A stretch of 64,000 bases of DNA from Pseudovirgaria hyperparasitica (lineage: Eukaryota): assembly GCA_010093815.1 (NCBI GenBank), contig ML996566.1, one strand, 5' to 3'. The notes under the pieces are model-generated. The model made no database searches. It was not told the origin of the DNA and saw only the letters and a program-made list of their open reading frames with translations. Every line of letters begins with the position of its first letter. The first letter of the stretch is position 1. Of this stretch, positions 13,076-24,259 are shown in pieces. Position numbers and translations under genes: made by a program.

Positions 13076-14845
13076 ATGAGGTACTTTTCACTGCTCGCGT
13101 TTGTGGCTACAGTCCTAGCTCATGGAGACCATGATCAAGAGCCCATTGAGGGCCCACACAAGCATCTGTGGTATAACACCCTGCCTGGTGATGGTGGGAA
13201 GCAGGTATGAGCTCCAGCAACCCAAGTGGCACTTATGTCGTTGGTTTTTCGTTGGTCTAAAGCCCTTTCCTGGTCATCGATGAGCTGAAGGGCTGACCAG
13301 ATGTGAATGCAGGCAGACTCCATCTTCTCTGGGATTTCCACCTTCGGCCGCCTCGATTACTTCCCGTGCCTTGCCAGTGATGAGAAGAAATACGACATTG
13401 CCTTCATTGGTGAGTTCTCACAACGCATTTCGCTCCTGGCTCTTAGTAGTGTCCTTAGAGTCGAATATTAAACACACTTCTCAGGCGCTCCTTTCGACAC
13501 CGGGACCTCCTACCGCCCAGGAGCACGCTTTGGCCCCAGTGGCATTAGGCAAGGTTCTCGCCGCCTCAATCTCTAGTACGTCTTCCGAACATATGCTTAC
13601 GAGCGCGATGGTGGGATACAGGCTCACACAAAGTACGATTCAGTGGTGGATACAATGTCCCACTCGAGGCGAATCCGTTCAATTCGTGGGCAACTGTGAT
13701 TGACTGTGGTGATATTCCTGTGACTTCGTAAGTGGTCAATGCCTTCAGCTTCAATTCGGATTCTGTGCTCTTCCCGGTGCCATTTTGACAAAAAGGCTAT
13801 AACGACGGCTCTACTACGTATCCTCAAGCCCGCAAGGTTCAACGATAGACGTCAGAGAAGTCGTCTAATGTACTTTTTCTAGCCCAATCATCCATCACAG
13901 TACTCAGATCGACCCCACAGATCGGCACTAACGTCTGTCTCGCAGATACGACAATGCCTGGGCTCTCCAGCAGATTGAAGAAGGCCATAACAGCATTCTG
14001 TCTCGTGCACCGAAGACCGATGCCCATGCAAAGGGCCCCTCAAAGAAGGGCAAGACACTTCCCCGTGTCATTACTCTCGGTGGTGACCACACCATCACCT
14101 TGCCCCTGCTACGATCCATCAACCGCGAGTATGGACCAGTCAGTGTGATCCACTTCGATAGCCACCTGTAAGACAAACCATCCCGATGCCTTCGCACATC
14201 ACAAAGCTAAATAAGCCCAGCGACACCTGGAAGCCAGCCGTGTTCGGCGGCGCACCTAGCAAGCAAGCCTCCATCAACCACGGCACATACTTCTACCACG
14301 CCTCCCAGGAAGGTCTGCTCGCCAACGACACCAACATCCACGCCGGCATCCGCACCACACTCTCCGGGCCCTCCGACTACGAGAACGACGGCTACTGCGG
14401 CTTCGAGATTGTCGAGGCCCGCGAGATCGACTCCATTGGCACCGCCGGCATCCTCAAGAAGATCAGAGACCGCGTCGGAACCACGAAGCCCGTGTATTTG
14501 AGCATTGACATCGACACCCTCGATCCAGCCTGTAAGTGCAGCCAACATACAAACTACCCTTGAGATACGACAATGGAAAAATTGACCTCTGACATAGTTG
14601 CTCCTGCGACCGGTACCCCGGAGACGGGAGGATGGTCTACACGTGAGCTCCGCACTATTATGCGTGGTCTTGAGGGCATCAATCTGATTGCAGCTGATAT
14701 CGTTGAGGTTGCACCCGCGTACGACACTAATGCTGAGCTCACCACCATGGCGGCTGCTGACACCTTGTATGAGGTCATGACCCTCATGGTTAAGAAGGGG
14801 CCCCTGAGCAAGACCGTCGGAGATAAGGAGGAGGAAGAGCTATAA
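13076..14845 (+). CDS. Agmatinase/guanidinobutyrase (ureohydrolase family) with signal peptide
   Basis: Seven exons reconstructed. Motifs GAPFDTGTSYRPGARFGP, GGDHT, HFDSHLD, SIDIDTLDPAFAPATGTPETGG, DIVEVAPAYD. N-terminus MRYFSLLAFVATVLA; C-terminus EEEL. Confidence 0.92.
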
Positions 14846-15883
14846 GGCAAGTTGTCGCTATGGACTCGATGTCGTAGGGACCACACCAAGGCAGCAAGCA
14901 GACTGCTTATCAAGCCATACGTAGAGACGAATGTGAATGAACAAAACGCCGGGAGATATTTAACTTATATCACCTACCGCATAACTGTCAGATTCTTTAC
15001 ATGTCAAGCACGCACTCAATGAGCCATGTATCCATAAATTGGGAAAGTGGAATAGACTGCGCATACACACCATCCTGGCTCTGTGATTGGCTCATTACAT
15101 CCGAAACAGGCAAGTCATGTATCACATATTATCATGCAACGTCTGAGGAGCGTCGCGCCGGAGCGACGCTCCATTCGCTCATTTGTGGGTATATAGCTAC
15201 TTCAAGTTAAAGCTGCCTACCTATCAGCTGAAGTATGTCCTTAGGTTGTTGTGAAATCGTGCAAAGCTGTCCACACACGGTGTCATGGCTTCATGGTGTC
15301 TTTCCGGTTCGAGGAACTCTCAGCGTTCTGACGAGTAGTATTCCTTCTTTCATTCTCAGAGTGGTATGGCTTTGTATATCAATATAAACTCAAACTTCTC
15401 CCGCGATGAGACAGTGTATAGTGAGCAATGCTCGCGAGATGGTCTTTCGCATGTTATCTTAATTAAGTAGAATAATGATGGTACTAGCTTAAGAGATAGA
15501 AGCTCGACGACGTTGTGTGGAATGCAGTACTGTTGTTTGACTAGACTCTTTAATCAGTGTATCCATGAGAGCCCATGAGAAGGATTATTTGGACGTGGCG
15601 ATCGCGGCGTATAAGTGCATATGTAGGTATTAGATAGTTGCAGTAGCGAGCTTGGTGGGAGGAGAACTGAATTCCGCGACTACTGGTATAAAAAGTTTAT
15701 GCCTTCAGTACGGAGGGCGTCCGCGGGGCGGAGCTTCATGTCGCACGTTTATGACCGAGCCCGTGCCCGCCCGTAAGGTACGGCAGTGCTAGTCGGAATA
15801 GAGACTAGTCCACTAGCTACTTTATGCGACGAGTTTGTTTGTGATCGCTTGCCTCAACATCGAGAACATGCAACGGGCGCAAC

Positions 15884-17602
15884 ATGGTGGCATGCCCCAT
15901 CTGCGGCGAAAAAGTACGAGAAAAGGACATCAATGCCCACATTGACTCGGAGTGCAAAGAATACGTCAATATCGAATCAGAGCTCCCACAAACGGCACCT
16001 CCAAGCTCGACGCAGAAGGCATCCGGTGTTGCGAATTTTTTCTCGACACAAACCCCTCGACGCGTCAACACTTCTTCTCATCTGAAAAATGGATTACCTT
16101 CGTCGCCCTTGGCCCCGTCGCCTGCCGCCAGCCAACGACCACTGGGCCTGGCGCCTGCCAATTCGAATAAACGCTCGTTAGAAACAGTCAATGGCGAAGA
16201 AGCAAATGACGATTCTATACCATCAGAACCCGTGAAGAGGCAACGGACAAACGTGTTCCAGAAGGTGGCTCCACTGGCAGAGCGTATGCGACCACGTACG
16301 CTCGACGAAGTGACTGGGCAGGAACTTGTTGGCGCGACAGGAGTCATCAGAGGACTCATCGAGCAAGACCGTGTGCCGTCTATGATACTCTGGGGAGGAC
16401 CTGGCACAGGAAAGACCACAATCGCGCGTCTGATCGCGAATACTGCCGGATGTCGGTTTGTCGAAATCAATAGTACAAGCAGCGGTGTCGGCGAATGCAA
16501 GAAGCTCTTCGCAGAGGCCAGAAGTGAACTGGGTCTGACTGGAAGGAAAACAATCATCTTTTGCGATGAAATACACAGGTTCTCAAAGAGCCAGCAGGAC
16601 GTTTTTCTAGGGCCTGTTGAAGCTGGTCAGGTTACGTTGATCGGGGCAACGACAGAAAATCCGTCTTTCAAGGTTGTCAACGCTCTTCTATCGCGTTGCC
16701 GCACTTTCACGCTTTCCAAACTCACGGATGCCGACATCACGAGTATCTTGAAGCGTGCTGTCGAAGTAGAAGGTGTCTCCTCTCCTCTACTTGACGTGGC
16801 TATGATTCAATACTTGGCCGCATTTGCTGATGGCGATGCTCGAACCGGACTAAATCTCCTCGAGCTCGCCATAGACTTGTCCCAGCGACCATCAATGACT
16901 GCAGAATCCATAAAACAGTCACTGACACAAACACTGGTCTATGACCGCGCCGGCGACCAGCATTACGACACCATATCAGCTTTTCACAAGTCCCTTCGAG
17001 GTTCGGATGCAGACGCAGCTCTATATTACCTTGCCCGTATGCTTCAGTCTGGAGAGGACCCACTATACGTCGCTCGGCGCTTGATCGTTGTTGCGAGTGA
17101 AGACGTAGGCCTGGCCGACAATTCAATGTTATCGTTGGCGACTGCGGCGTACACGAGCGTGGAGAAGATTGGCATGCCAGAAGCACGCATACCGCTTGCG
17201 CACGCCACGGTAGCTCTAGCCTTGTCACCGAAATCAACACGTGCTTACAGAAGTATGAACAATGCGTATGCGGCACTGCAGGAGCCTGGTGTCGCGGGGC
17301 TACCCATCCCCTATCACATCCGAAATGCACCTACACGCCTGATGAAAGACATGGGTTATGGCAAGGAATACAAGTATAACCCAGACTATGTCAATGGAAA
17401 TGTCAAACAGGAGTATCTTCCAGAAAAGTTACTTGGGAGAAAGTTCTTGGAAGTAGATGATCTCGGTACAAAGATCGATCCAGACCTTAATGGTGCCCTT
17501 GAGGCTAAGGAAGAGTCACCATGTGACAACATCGAAGAAGAGGAAGATGAACGACTGCAGCAGCTAGAGAATCAGGATCTCATCCCTGAAGTTGACGGAT
17601 GA
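15884..17602 (+). CDS. MGS1: DNA-dependent AAA+ ATPase Mgs1/WRNIP1 with N-terminal UBZ zinc finger
   Basis: CPICGE..INAHIDSEC zinc finger, PLAERMRPRTL, Walker A GGPGTGKTT, DEIHRF, GATTENPSF, YDRAGDQHYDTISAFHKS. Confidence 0.95.
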   Translation: MVACPICGEKVREKDINAHIDSECKEYVNIESELPQTAPPSSTQKASGVANFFSTQTPRRVNTSSHLKNGLPSSPLAPSPAASQRPLGLAPANSNKRSLETVNGEEANDDSIPSEPVKRQRTNVFQKVAPLAERMRPRTLDEVTGQELVGATGVIRGLIEQDRVPSMILWGGPGTGKTTIARLIANTAGCRFVEINSTSSGVGECKKLFAEARSELGLTGRKTIIFCDEIHRFSKSQQDVFLGPVEAGQVTLIGATTENPSFKVVNALLSRCRTFTLSKLTDADITSILKRAVEVEGVSSPLLDVAMIQYLAAFADGDARTGLNLLELAIDLSQRPSMTAESIKQSLTQTLVYDRAGDQHYDTISAFHKSLRGSDADAALYYLARMLQSGEDPLYVARRLIVVASEDVGLADNSMLSLATAAYTSVEKIGMPEARIPLAHATVALALSPKSTRAYRSMNNAYAALQEPGVAGLPIPYHIRNAPTRLMKDMGYGKEYKYNPDYVNGNVKQEYLPEKLLGRKFLEVDDLGTKIDPDLNGALEAKEESPCDNIEEEEDERLQQLENQDLIPEVDG

Positions 17603-19235
17603 TCCTGATGCCAGCGCTACTATCCCAGCTATTGGCAAATGAAAAGAGGCACGGGTGCTTCCACTGATAACCGGAACAGCCCGTGTTATGGGGCTAAACC
17701 CCCTGGATCGACAATAATGTTCCGTCCAGGACGGTGTGCAAACCAGTGGATCTGCAATGCGTTGCCGGGAACCACGTTAGCGCACCCAAGGATGCCCCGG
17801 AATTCGGGAAGTGATAATTAGCCGAAAAGCGTTAGCTCCCGCCGGGGAGGCACGTTTGGGGCTCCTTCGAACCTATTTGCCAATTTCCCGTCCACCTGGT
17901 CTCACCTCACGCCAGCACTTTGTGAAATTGGTGCTCTGCCCGATTCAAGAATTGGTGAGGCCATCACCATGGTAAGAATCTTTCTATTGTGTAGTGTGAA
18001 CCCTGTTTGGGCCATACCATAAGCTCTAGGATGTTATTATCAATATGATGATCTGCTCAGCTCAGGGGAAAACAGCCAAGAGTACGACTATCGACTGCGG
18101 TATTTTGACAGAGCAAACAATTACTATTTTTATCCGGCACTTCATAACGTTTCTGGTGATACGCCCCTGGAACATGCCGTAGAAACACGCTGAAGGTTTA
18201 GATGTTAGTCTCTCACAAGAAAGACGGGGCCGCGGGCTACACAAGATCTCTTATGGGCGAATTATAGGTTGTAGCGGCACGCTTCATGAACATTCGCAAG
18301 GCTGGAGTTTGATGGAATACCACGTTCGCACCAACCTTCACTAATCATATCCTTCTGCGGCCTCTCACCGCTCACCTAAAGTAGACTAGTATCGAAACAT
18401 CTACGACTTTTTACGGCACTGGATGCAACTTATCGCACATGTTTGGGTAAACTCTCGCAACCCTAGAGCTTCGAAGGTAAAGTGTTGGGCAATTATTCAG
18501 AGGGCACGGGCTGAGAGCTACATTGTTCTAGGGGCCTTGAGCTTTACCGCTTAAGGTAAGGGTTTAACCTCTTGAAGCTGGGATCTAACTCAACGTAGTA
18601 ACATACATATAATTTGACTTTGGAGCAACGCGTTGCATCTTTGCACGATTCCCCACTCAATGGAACCTTGGCTCTGTCCCCAAACTGGAGCCGTGCATGA
18701 GATCCCATGCTCGGACGTAGAATTGTATCTGTGCACTCCACGAATAACTTCATGATGCGGCTTCTGCCAGGTTAGCTCCATATCTTACTGCATTTTGAAA
18801 GTATACTGTGATGGTCTGCCCATACATTGCGAGCAGACTACTGATAAACTTTCCTCATTAAGGCATGGGTATAATGTCTGGATGCCTGATGATTAACGAC
18901 AAGCTCCCAGTAGGGTGGGACTCTAGGATGCTGATCAATAATAAGCAAAATGATAATCATTTCACAGTAACGGCAACTAGCATTAACGATGAGCAGATCA
19001 ATAGTCCACCATGGTTCGCCCCTGTGCCGCTTGTCTAGAGCAACACTCAAATTCCTATAAAGGAGCCTCATCTCGCACCCTCGAGTATCTTTTTTCAGCA
19101 TCCAGCATCTACTTCTACACCGCGTCTATCGACTGCTTCCACTCGTTAACAGTACTCTTTACTGACTTAATACACTCTTTACATTTCAATTAATACCTAA
19201 TCAACCAACCCACCACCTCAAACCCAATCACCAAA

Positions 19236-19745
19236 ATGCGTTTCTTCGTGCCAACCGTCCTCCTCTGCCTCATCGGCGCCCAGGCTCTGCCCCACGAGCT
19301 CCCAGTTGACCCTACCTGCGGCTCTGGCGTCGGTGTCCCGTCTCTCCCCGAGGGCGGTCTCCCCAACCTCCCAGGCACCCCGGGTCTCCCAAACCTCCCC
19401 GGTACCCCGGGTCTTCCAGTCGACCCTGAGGACCCCACCTCCAACCTTCCTCTTGACCCCGAGGAGCCGGAGCACGACGAGCCCGAGCACGATGAGCCCG
19501 AGTACCCCTCCGAGGGCGACCACGACGGCAGCGACAACAACAACACCTGCTCCACCGGTGAGCTCACCTGCTGTACCGGTGACGCTCTCATCTCTCTCTC
19601 CTGTCTCCTTCCCGGCCTGCTCGCACCTGCCTGCGGCCAACAAGTTTGCTGTATCAACAACGGCAGCGGTGACCAGACCTGCACCACCACCTCCGGCCTG
19701 AACATCAACGTGCCAATCACCTTCGGTGACATCGACATCTTGTAA
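19236..19745 (+). CDS. Hydrophobin-like secreted protein with Pro-rich and acidic repeat N-terminus
   Basis: Signal peptide, GLPNLPGTP x2, HDEPE x2, and an 8-Cys core C-X6-CC-X9-C-X9-C-X4-CC-X9-C. Strong C3 codon bias; TATA-like cctataaa near 19054. Confidence 0.8.
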   Translation: MRFFVPTVLLCLIGAQALPHELPVDPTCGSGVGVPSLPEGGLPNLPGTPGLPNLPGTPGLPVDPEDPTSNLPLDPEEPEHDEPEHDEPEYPSEGDHDGSDNNNTCSTGELTCCTGDALISLSCLLPGLLAPACGQQVCCINNGSGDQTCTTTSGLNINVPITFGDIDIL

Positions 19746-22306
19746 GGAACGACAGGAGTTGAACTGGGTGGGAAACATCGGCTCGGCGATGGCATTGGCA
19801 GCGGTGGATCTAATAGACTTTGGTGGATTGGTGAGCGTCGGTTGTTTACTTGACAGGGGGGTTTCACGATTCCCATGTCTGGTGTGATAAATATAAATCT
19901 TTGCTTGGCACGCAGACGGACAGTTCATAAGACTGCTTTCCTGTAGCGACAAATATAGGGCTCTCGCCCAATTTACTGTGCTGGTAAACAAAGCTTCGTG
20001 TGCTTGACTTGTGACTCTACTCCATTTGGTAACTACATGCTTGGTTTCACGACATTCCATAGTGACGACTTCAGCTCGTGAAGGCATTCTTGAGAATCTA
20101 GTAATTAGATGGCCTCATCTTCTTGTCAATTTTGCCTCGAAGCCTTGTCGTGACTAGATATGTGCCAAGATCTGTGACTTTGACCCATAACTTTCGTGCG
20201 ACGTGAAGTACGTATCAGGAGGTTTTTTCTTTCACAACCAACATGATATTTTGCTAGTGCAAGTGATGTCCACCATTCGTCCCTTCGATAGTGTTTTCCC
20301 CCTTAGCTAGCCATGCACCGTATACAGGTGGCAAAATATTATGTATCATCACATGTGATTCCATATCACATGCTGCGTTCAATCAATCACATTACCTACC
20401 ATGTGGCGTTACCCGCCCGTTCTCCCAAACTATCGACTTAGAACAAACAATGTTCAGATTAGACTATTCCTGTCAAAGGCGAGGCAATTACACTCGGCCG
20501 CTTTACTTTGTATCTATCCTAAACACCGTTGTTGGAAGGTCTAGAGCCGCCGAAACGTGGAGTACGTTTGCCGATCGATGTCTTGAACTGTGAGTATGTT
20601 TGACGTGGCGATTTATACTAGTAGAAAAGACCCTTCGTGGTCAGCTAATCTAGAACTTGAGGAGAACTCGACGCTAAGAACGTGGTTCTGGTCGGTTTAT
20701 TGTCGTGATTGAGTCCAGCGGAAACACACTGACACGTCGTGTGGTTATATGCTCGTGATTAATGTCTCTGTTTTCAGTCTTATTATAATGAAAATTTAGT
20801 GTTCTGATTGTAACACCACAAACATGTACCGATACCAGCGGCTGGTATTACTCCAACATAGACAAACCGGACTAGCTCACCCCTTAACGACACAATCATG
20901 AAAGATGGGAAAAGTTGTTCTGGTACTTGTAGTCATAGGCGGCGGAGCTGAGCTGAGCACTCGATGCAATCAAGAACGATCCAGAGTTTGAGCTCACAGC
21001 TCCTGTATGGCAAGTCCTGTGTGGAACACGCTGCTGTAGCTCATGAAAGCTCAAGCAGGAAAGAGAGGTATCACACAGACGGTGACGTATTCCGTCAGTG
21101 TACGTCGTCGGGCCATTCCAAGTTTGTGAAAAAATTTTCCAGCTTGCATTTACTCTCCGCGGACGAGAAAGAGTTCAAGTTGATTAGCGTGAGGATGTGA
21201 CAAGACTATCATTTTCAGACTGCCGTTAGTTCGACTTGACTTATCATGTGCCTGGACTATTCCGGGAATCATGCGAGATCTAGACGTGCCCTGATGATCA
21301 CCACGGAACAATAGTGAACAACGGTGGGCTGTTTCACCTTGACATTAGCCTTGTGGATCAAGACCAGTTACTAGGGAGCCACGATGTGACATGTGATCCT
21401 GACCACTTCTTAGTAGTACTAGACCTTCAGATGTCGGGCAGCACTACAATTCTTAATTGAGAATGTACGGAATGTGTGCAAGTCTTTGATAGCTTATCCC
21501 TCCTGCCAGAAAGAAAACTTCGAGGACACCAGAGACGCCTGCACATGTACTATCTTGGCTTCACCTATCAAAAGTTTCTGATACACGCTCTTCTGCTCTA
21601 GTCACTCGTTACCATTCACGACTTGTGTGCGCGGTAGACATAGTCGGCATCATTTAAGTAATAAATACTGGCCCTTCCGTTGGACGACATGCGTCATAGA
21701 ATGCAGGCATCGAGAAAGACCTGGGCGGTGAGCTTACAGATTCTATGAAAGCGTCAATAGATGCCGATCCGCTACCGCATCAGCATTCAAACACATTTTA
21801 CTGTTCACGTCGAAGACTAGAGTCTAGGGGAATTGATTTGAGATGTAGTGTCTTGCACCCCTAACTTATATGAGTGTTCTCTTGGAAGATCCTCAACTCG
21901 AGCGGCGTATTTTATCGCGTGTGATGGAGAGAGTAGACAGATATCGAAAGATAATCGCGAGCGTCATTAGTGATAGAACCTAGTCCGCTGGGAAGGTCCG
22001 ACTAAGTTAATGGAGGTGAAAGTCGACGTCATGTCTAATAAGTTGATGAAAAAGGCATGAAGTTGATTGAGTGCTACACGAATTGAACTAGATCAATACT
22101 CTTAACCAAATGCAGACTAGCACAACGGCGTTATCTACGATGATGTAATTTGGGAATCGTGATGGCAGCATTTGTTAGTCAGTGTTGAGGAGTCGCTCTG
22201 TATCATTTACCATTGGCTAACTTTATACAGAAGTGTGATACTTGGACAAAGCTTGGTTGTTCTCAGCCCTATAGATTAACGTAGCCAACGGACTCCATTC
22301 ACGAGA

Positions 22307-23364
22307 ATGTCACTAAGGGACCAGAATGCTATCGTTGTGCGTGTGATATCAGTCACGTTAGATTCACAAACTGATACATGTTTAGACAGGGGCGTCTATG
22401 GGAATCGGAAGAGAGATCGCCAAAAGCCTCGCCGCCGAAGGGTGTAATGTGGTCTTATTCGCTCGAACAGCGGTAAGAGCATCGATACAAGTGTGAGGGT
22501 CCACTACTGAATAGTGCGACAGGAGAAACTTGAGGATCTGACTGCCGAAATCCAAAAGACTGCAACCTCAAAGGTGATCTACAGATCCGTCGACGTACAG
22601 CAATACGACTCTGTCAAAGCCGGGGTAGATTCTGCGGTCAACGAGCTTGGTGAAATTGACATTCTCGTGAACAATGTAGGATGTCCATGCCTTACATATG
22701 GATGAAAACGTTCTGATCGTACTCACAGGCTGGCCTCGCCCTGGGAGCCCCAAACCGGTTCCACGAACTCTCGATCGACCAGATTGTTCAGATGAACGGG
22801 ACCAACATGAACGGATATATGTTCGCTGCGTATGCGGTTTTAAATGCTTCTATGGCGAAACGTAAGACTGGCACGATTTTGAACGTCTCGTCCACAACCG
22901 CGCTCGAGGCCCCTCCCTTTCCTGGAGAAGCGGTCTATCACTCCAACAAGGCTTTCCAAGAAGGCTTCAGCAATTCTCTGAGAAATGAACTGTGCGGAAC
23001 GAATATCAGGGTGCTTGTGTTGCGGCCAGGTGTTGTTGCCACGAACTTTCACGAGCAGCGAGTCGGATATGACAAAGACTCGTACGATAATTTCATGCAG
23101 GGGTTCCAGTTAGTAGCCATAACCACAGAATCTCACAAACCAGGTTGCTTCTCCCTAACAAGTCCAGGCCTTTGACACCAGACCAGATTGCTCCGCACGC
23201 GATTTGGATGCTAAAGCAGCCAAACGGATGTTCCGTCAAGGCTCTGGATGTTATACCGACGGGTAAGATATGCTCGACAACTACAGGACAGCGCAAGTAA
23301 CATATTGGTAGCACAAAGATCTTTGAATGTGTTTGACCGAGAGTGGAACTCTCGACACTCGTAG
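22307..23364 (+). CDS. Short-chain dehydrogenase/reductase (YdfG/YMR226C-like)
   Basis: Six exons. AIV|TGASMGIG, DILVNN|AG, NVSS, YHSNK (YxxxK), RPGVVATNF. Stop TAG at 23362-23364. Confidence 0.88.
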
Positions 23365-23868
23365 AGCCTGATGCATATGAACCCAGACGAGTCCCCAGAT
23401 ATTGAGAGTATCTTTTATCATGACACTATTGCGAATGAAGACCCAAAACCATTCCTAGGAAAGTCGTATGCGGCATATGGTGATATGCGAAAGCGGATTT
23501 GTACGAGGTCTGTGATTGGTCAGGATCGCCACGCTTCATGCCACTAATCACGTTTGAAAGGCGAAATCAAATCGAAAATATGAACAAAGGAGGTGCTTTG
23601 TGTTTCTTATATTACTGCCGGTCTGTTTAAAGTCGGGTATATAATTCGTGTATACATATCAAATTTGAAATATGATCGCCGTTATCCCTGATGCTATAAC
23701 ACGGCTCGTGCTTGTAAACTGCGGTGTCGCGGTGAGAGAGCGGTGTTCGATGTCCCGGAATGGTAAGGCGCGGAGCTTGACTCTAACACCGAGCCAGGAC
23801 TTGACGCGAGAAGTCAGGATGCGGACAAGATGGAGGATTGAGTCCTGTTATATCTCATCAGGCTGATG

Positions 23869-23875
23869 TGAGTCA
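23869..23875. promoter_or_regulatory. Candidate Gcn4/CpcA (AP-1-like) element TGAGTCA upstream of eEF2
   Basis: Exact TGAGTCA about 385 bp upstream of the ATG. A 7-mer can occur by chance. Confidence 0.3.
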
Positions 23876-24259
23876 TCCAAAAAGCAGCAGTCAAGATGAA
23901 AAAGTCGACAGTTGAGGCTGAAACAGCCGGAGTTAAGGTTAGGCGATGGCGATTCCACCGTCAGTGCGCTCAAAATTAGCTAGCGCCGTTGCCCCGCCCC
24001 TCGCCCGCTTGCATCGCACGCATCGCAAATTCATTTCTCCACCTTCACCCTCTGTGTTCTCTCTCGTCAACACTCCCACCAGAGGCATCGAAGGCCGTCC
24101 TTAAAGAGAGTTCGACCTCCCTCCATATTTCTCTCAAACTTTTCAACACCTCTCTTTCGTAACATATCCCAAAAGACCCACGCGCCACTAAAGCGGGGCA
24201 TTTGAAATCAACCCCTCCAACGAAAATTCTTCTCTGAAGCACTTTCATCAACCGTCAAG

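Noticed and set aside
13790..13840. Guanidine riboswitch-like words (acgacggc..aagcccgcaagg) in the agmatinase intron
   Set aside because: Does not match the ykkC or mini-ykkC consensus or pairing on inspection.
17969..18182. accATG|gtaaga start followed by a possible spliced short ORF
   Set aside because: No convincing branch site, and the resulting peptide of about 40 aa has no features.
19190..20087. Long antisense ORFs (228 and 289 aa) over the hydrophobin
   Set aside because: Shadow frames caused by strong C3 codon bias and repeats of the sense gene; no recognisable motifs.
23365..23548. About 60 open codons after the SDR TAG stop
   Set aside because: The context TAG-AGC is not a known leaky motif and there is no targeting signal; compatible with chance.
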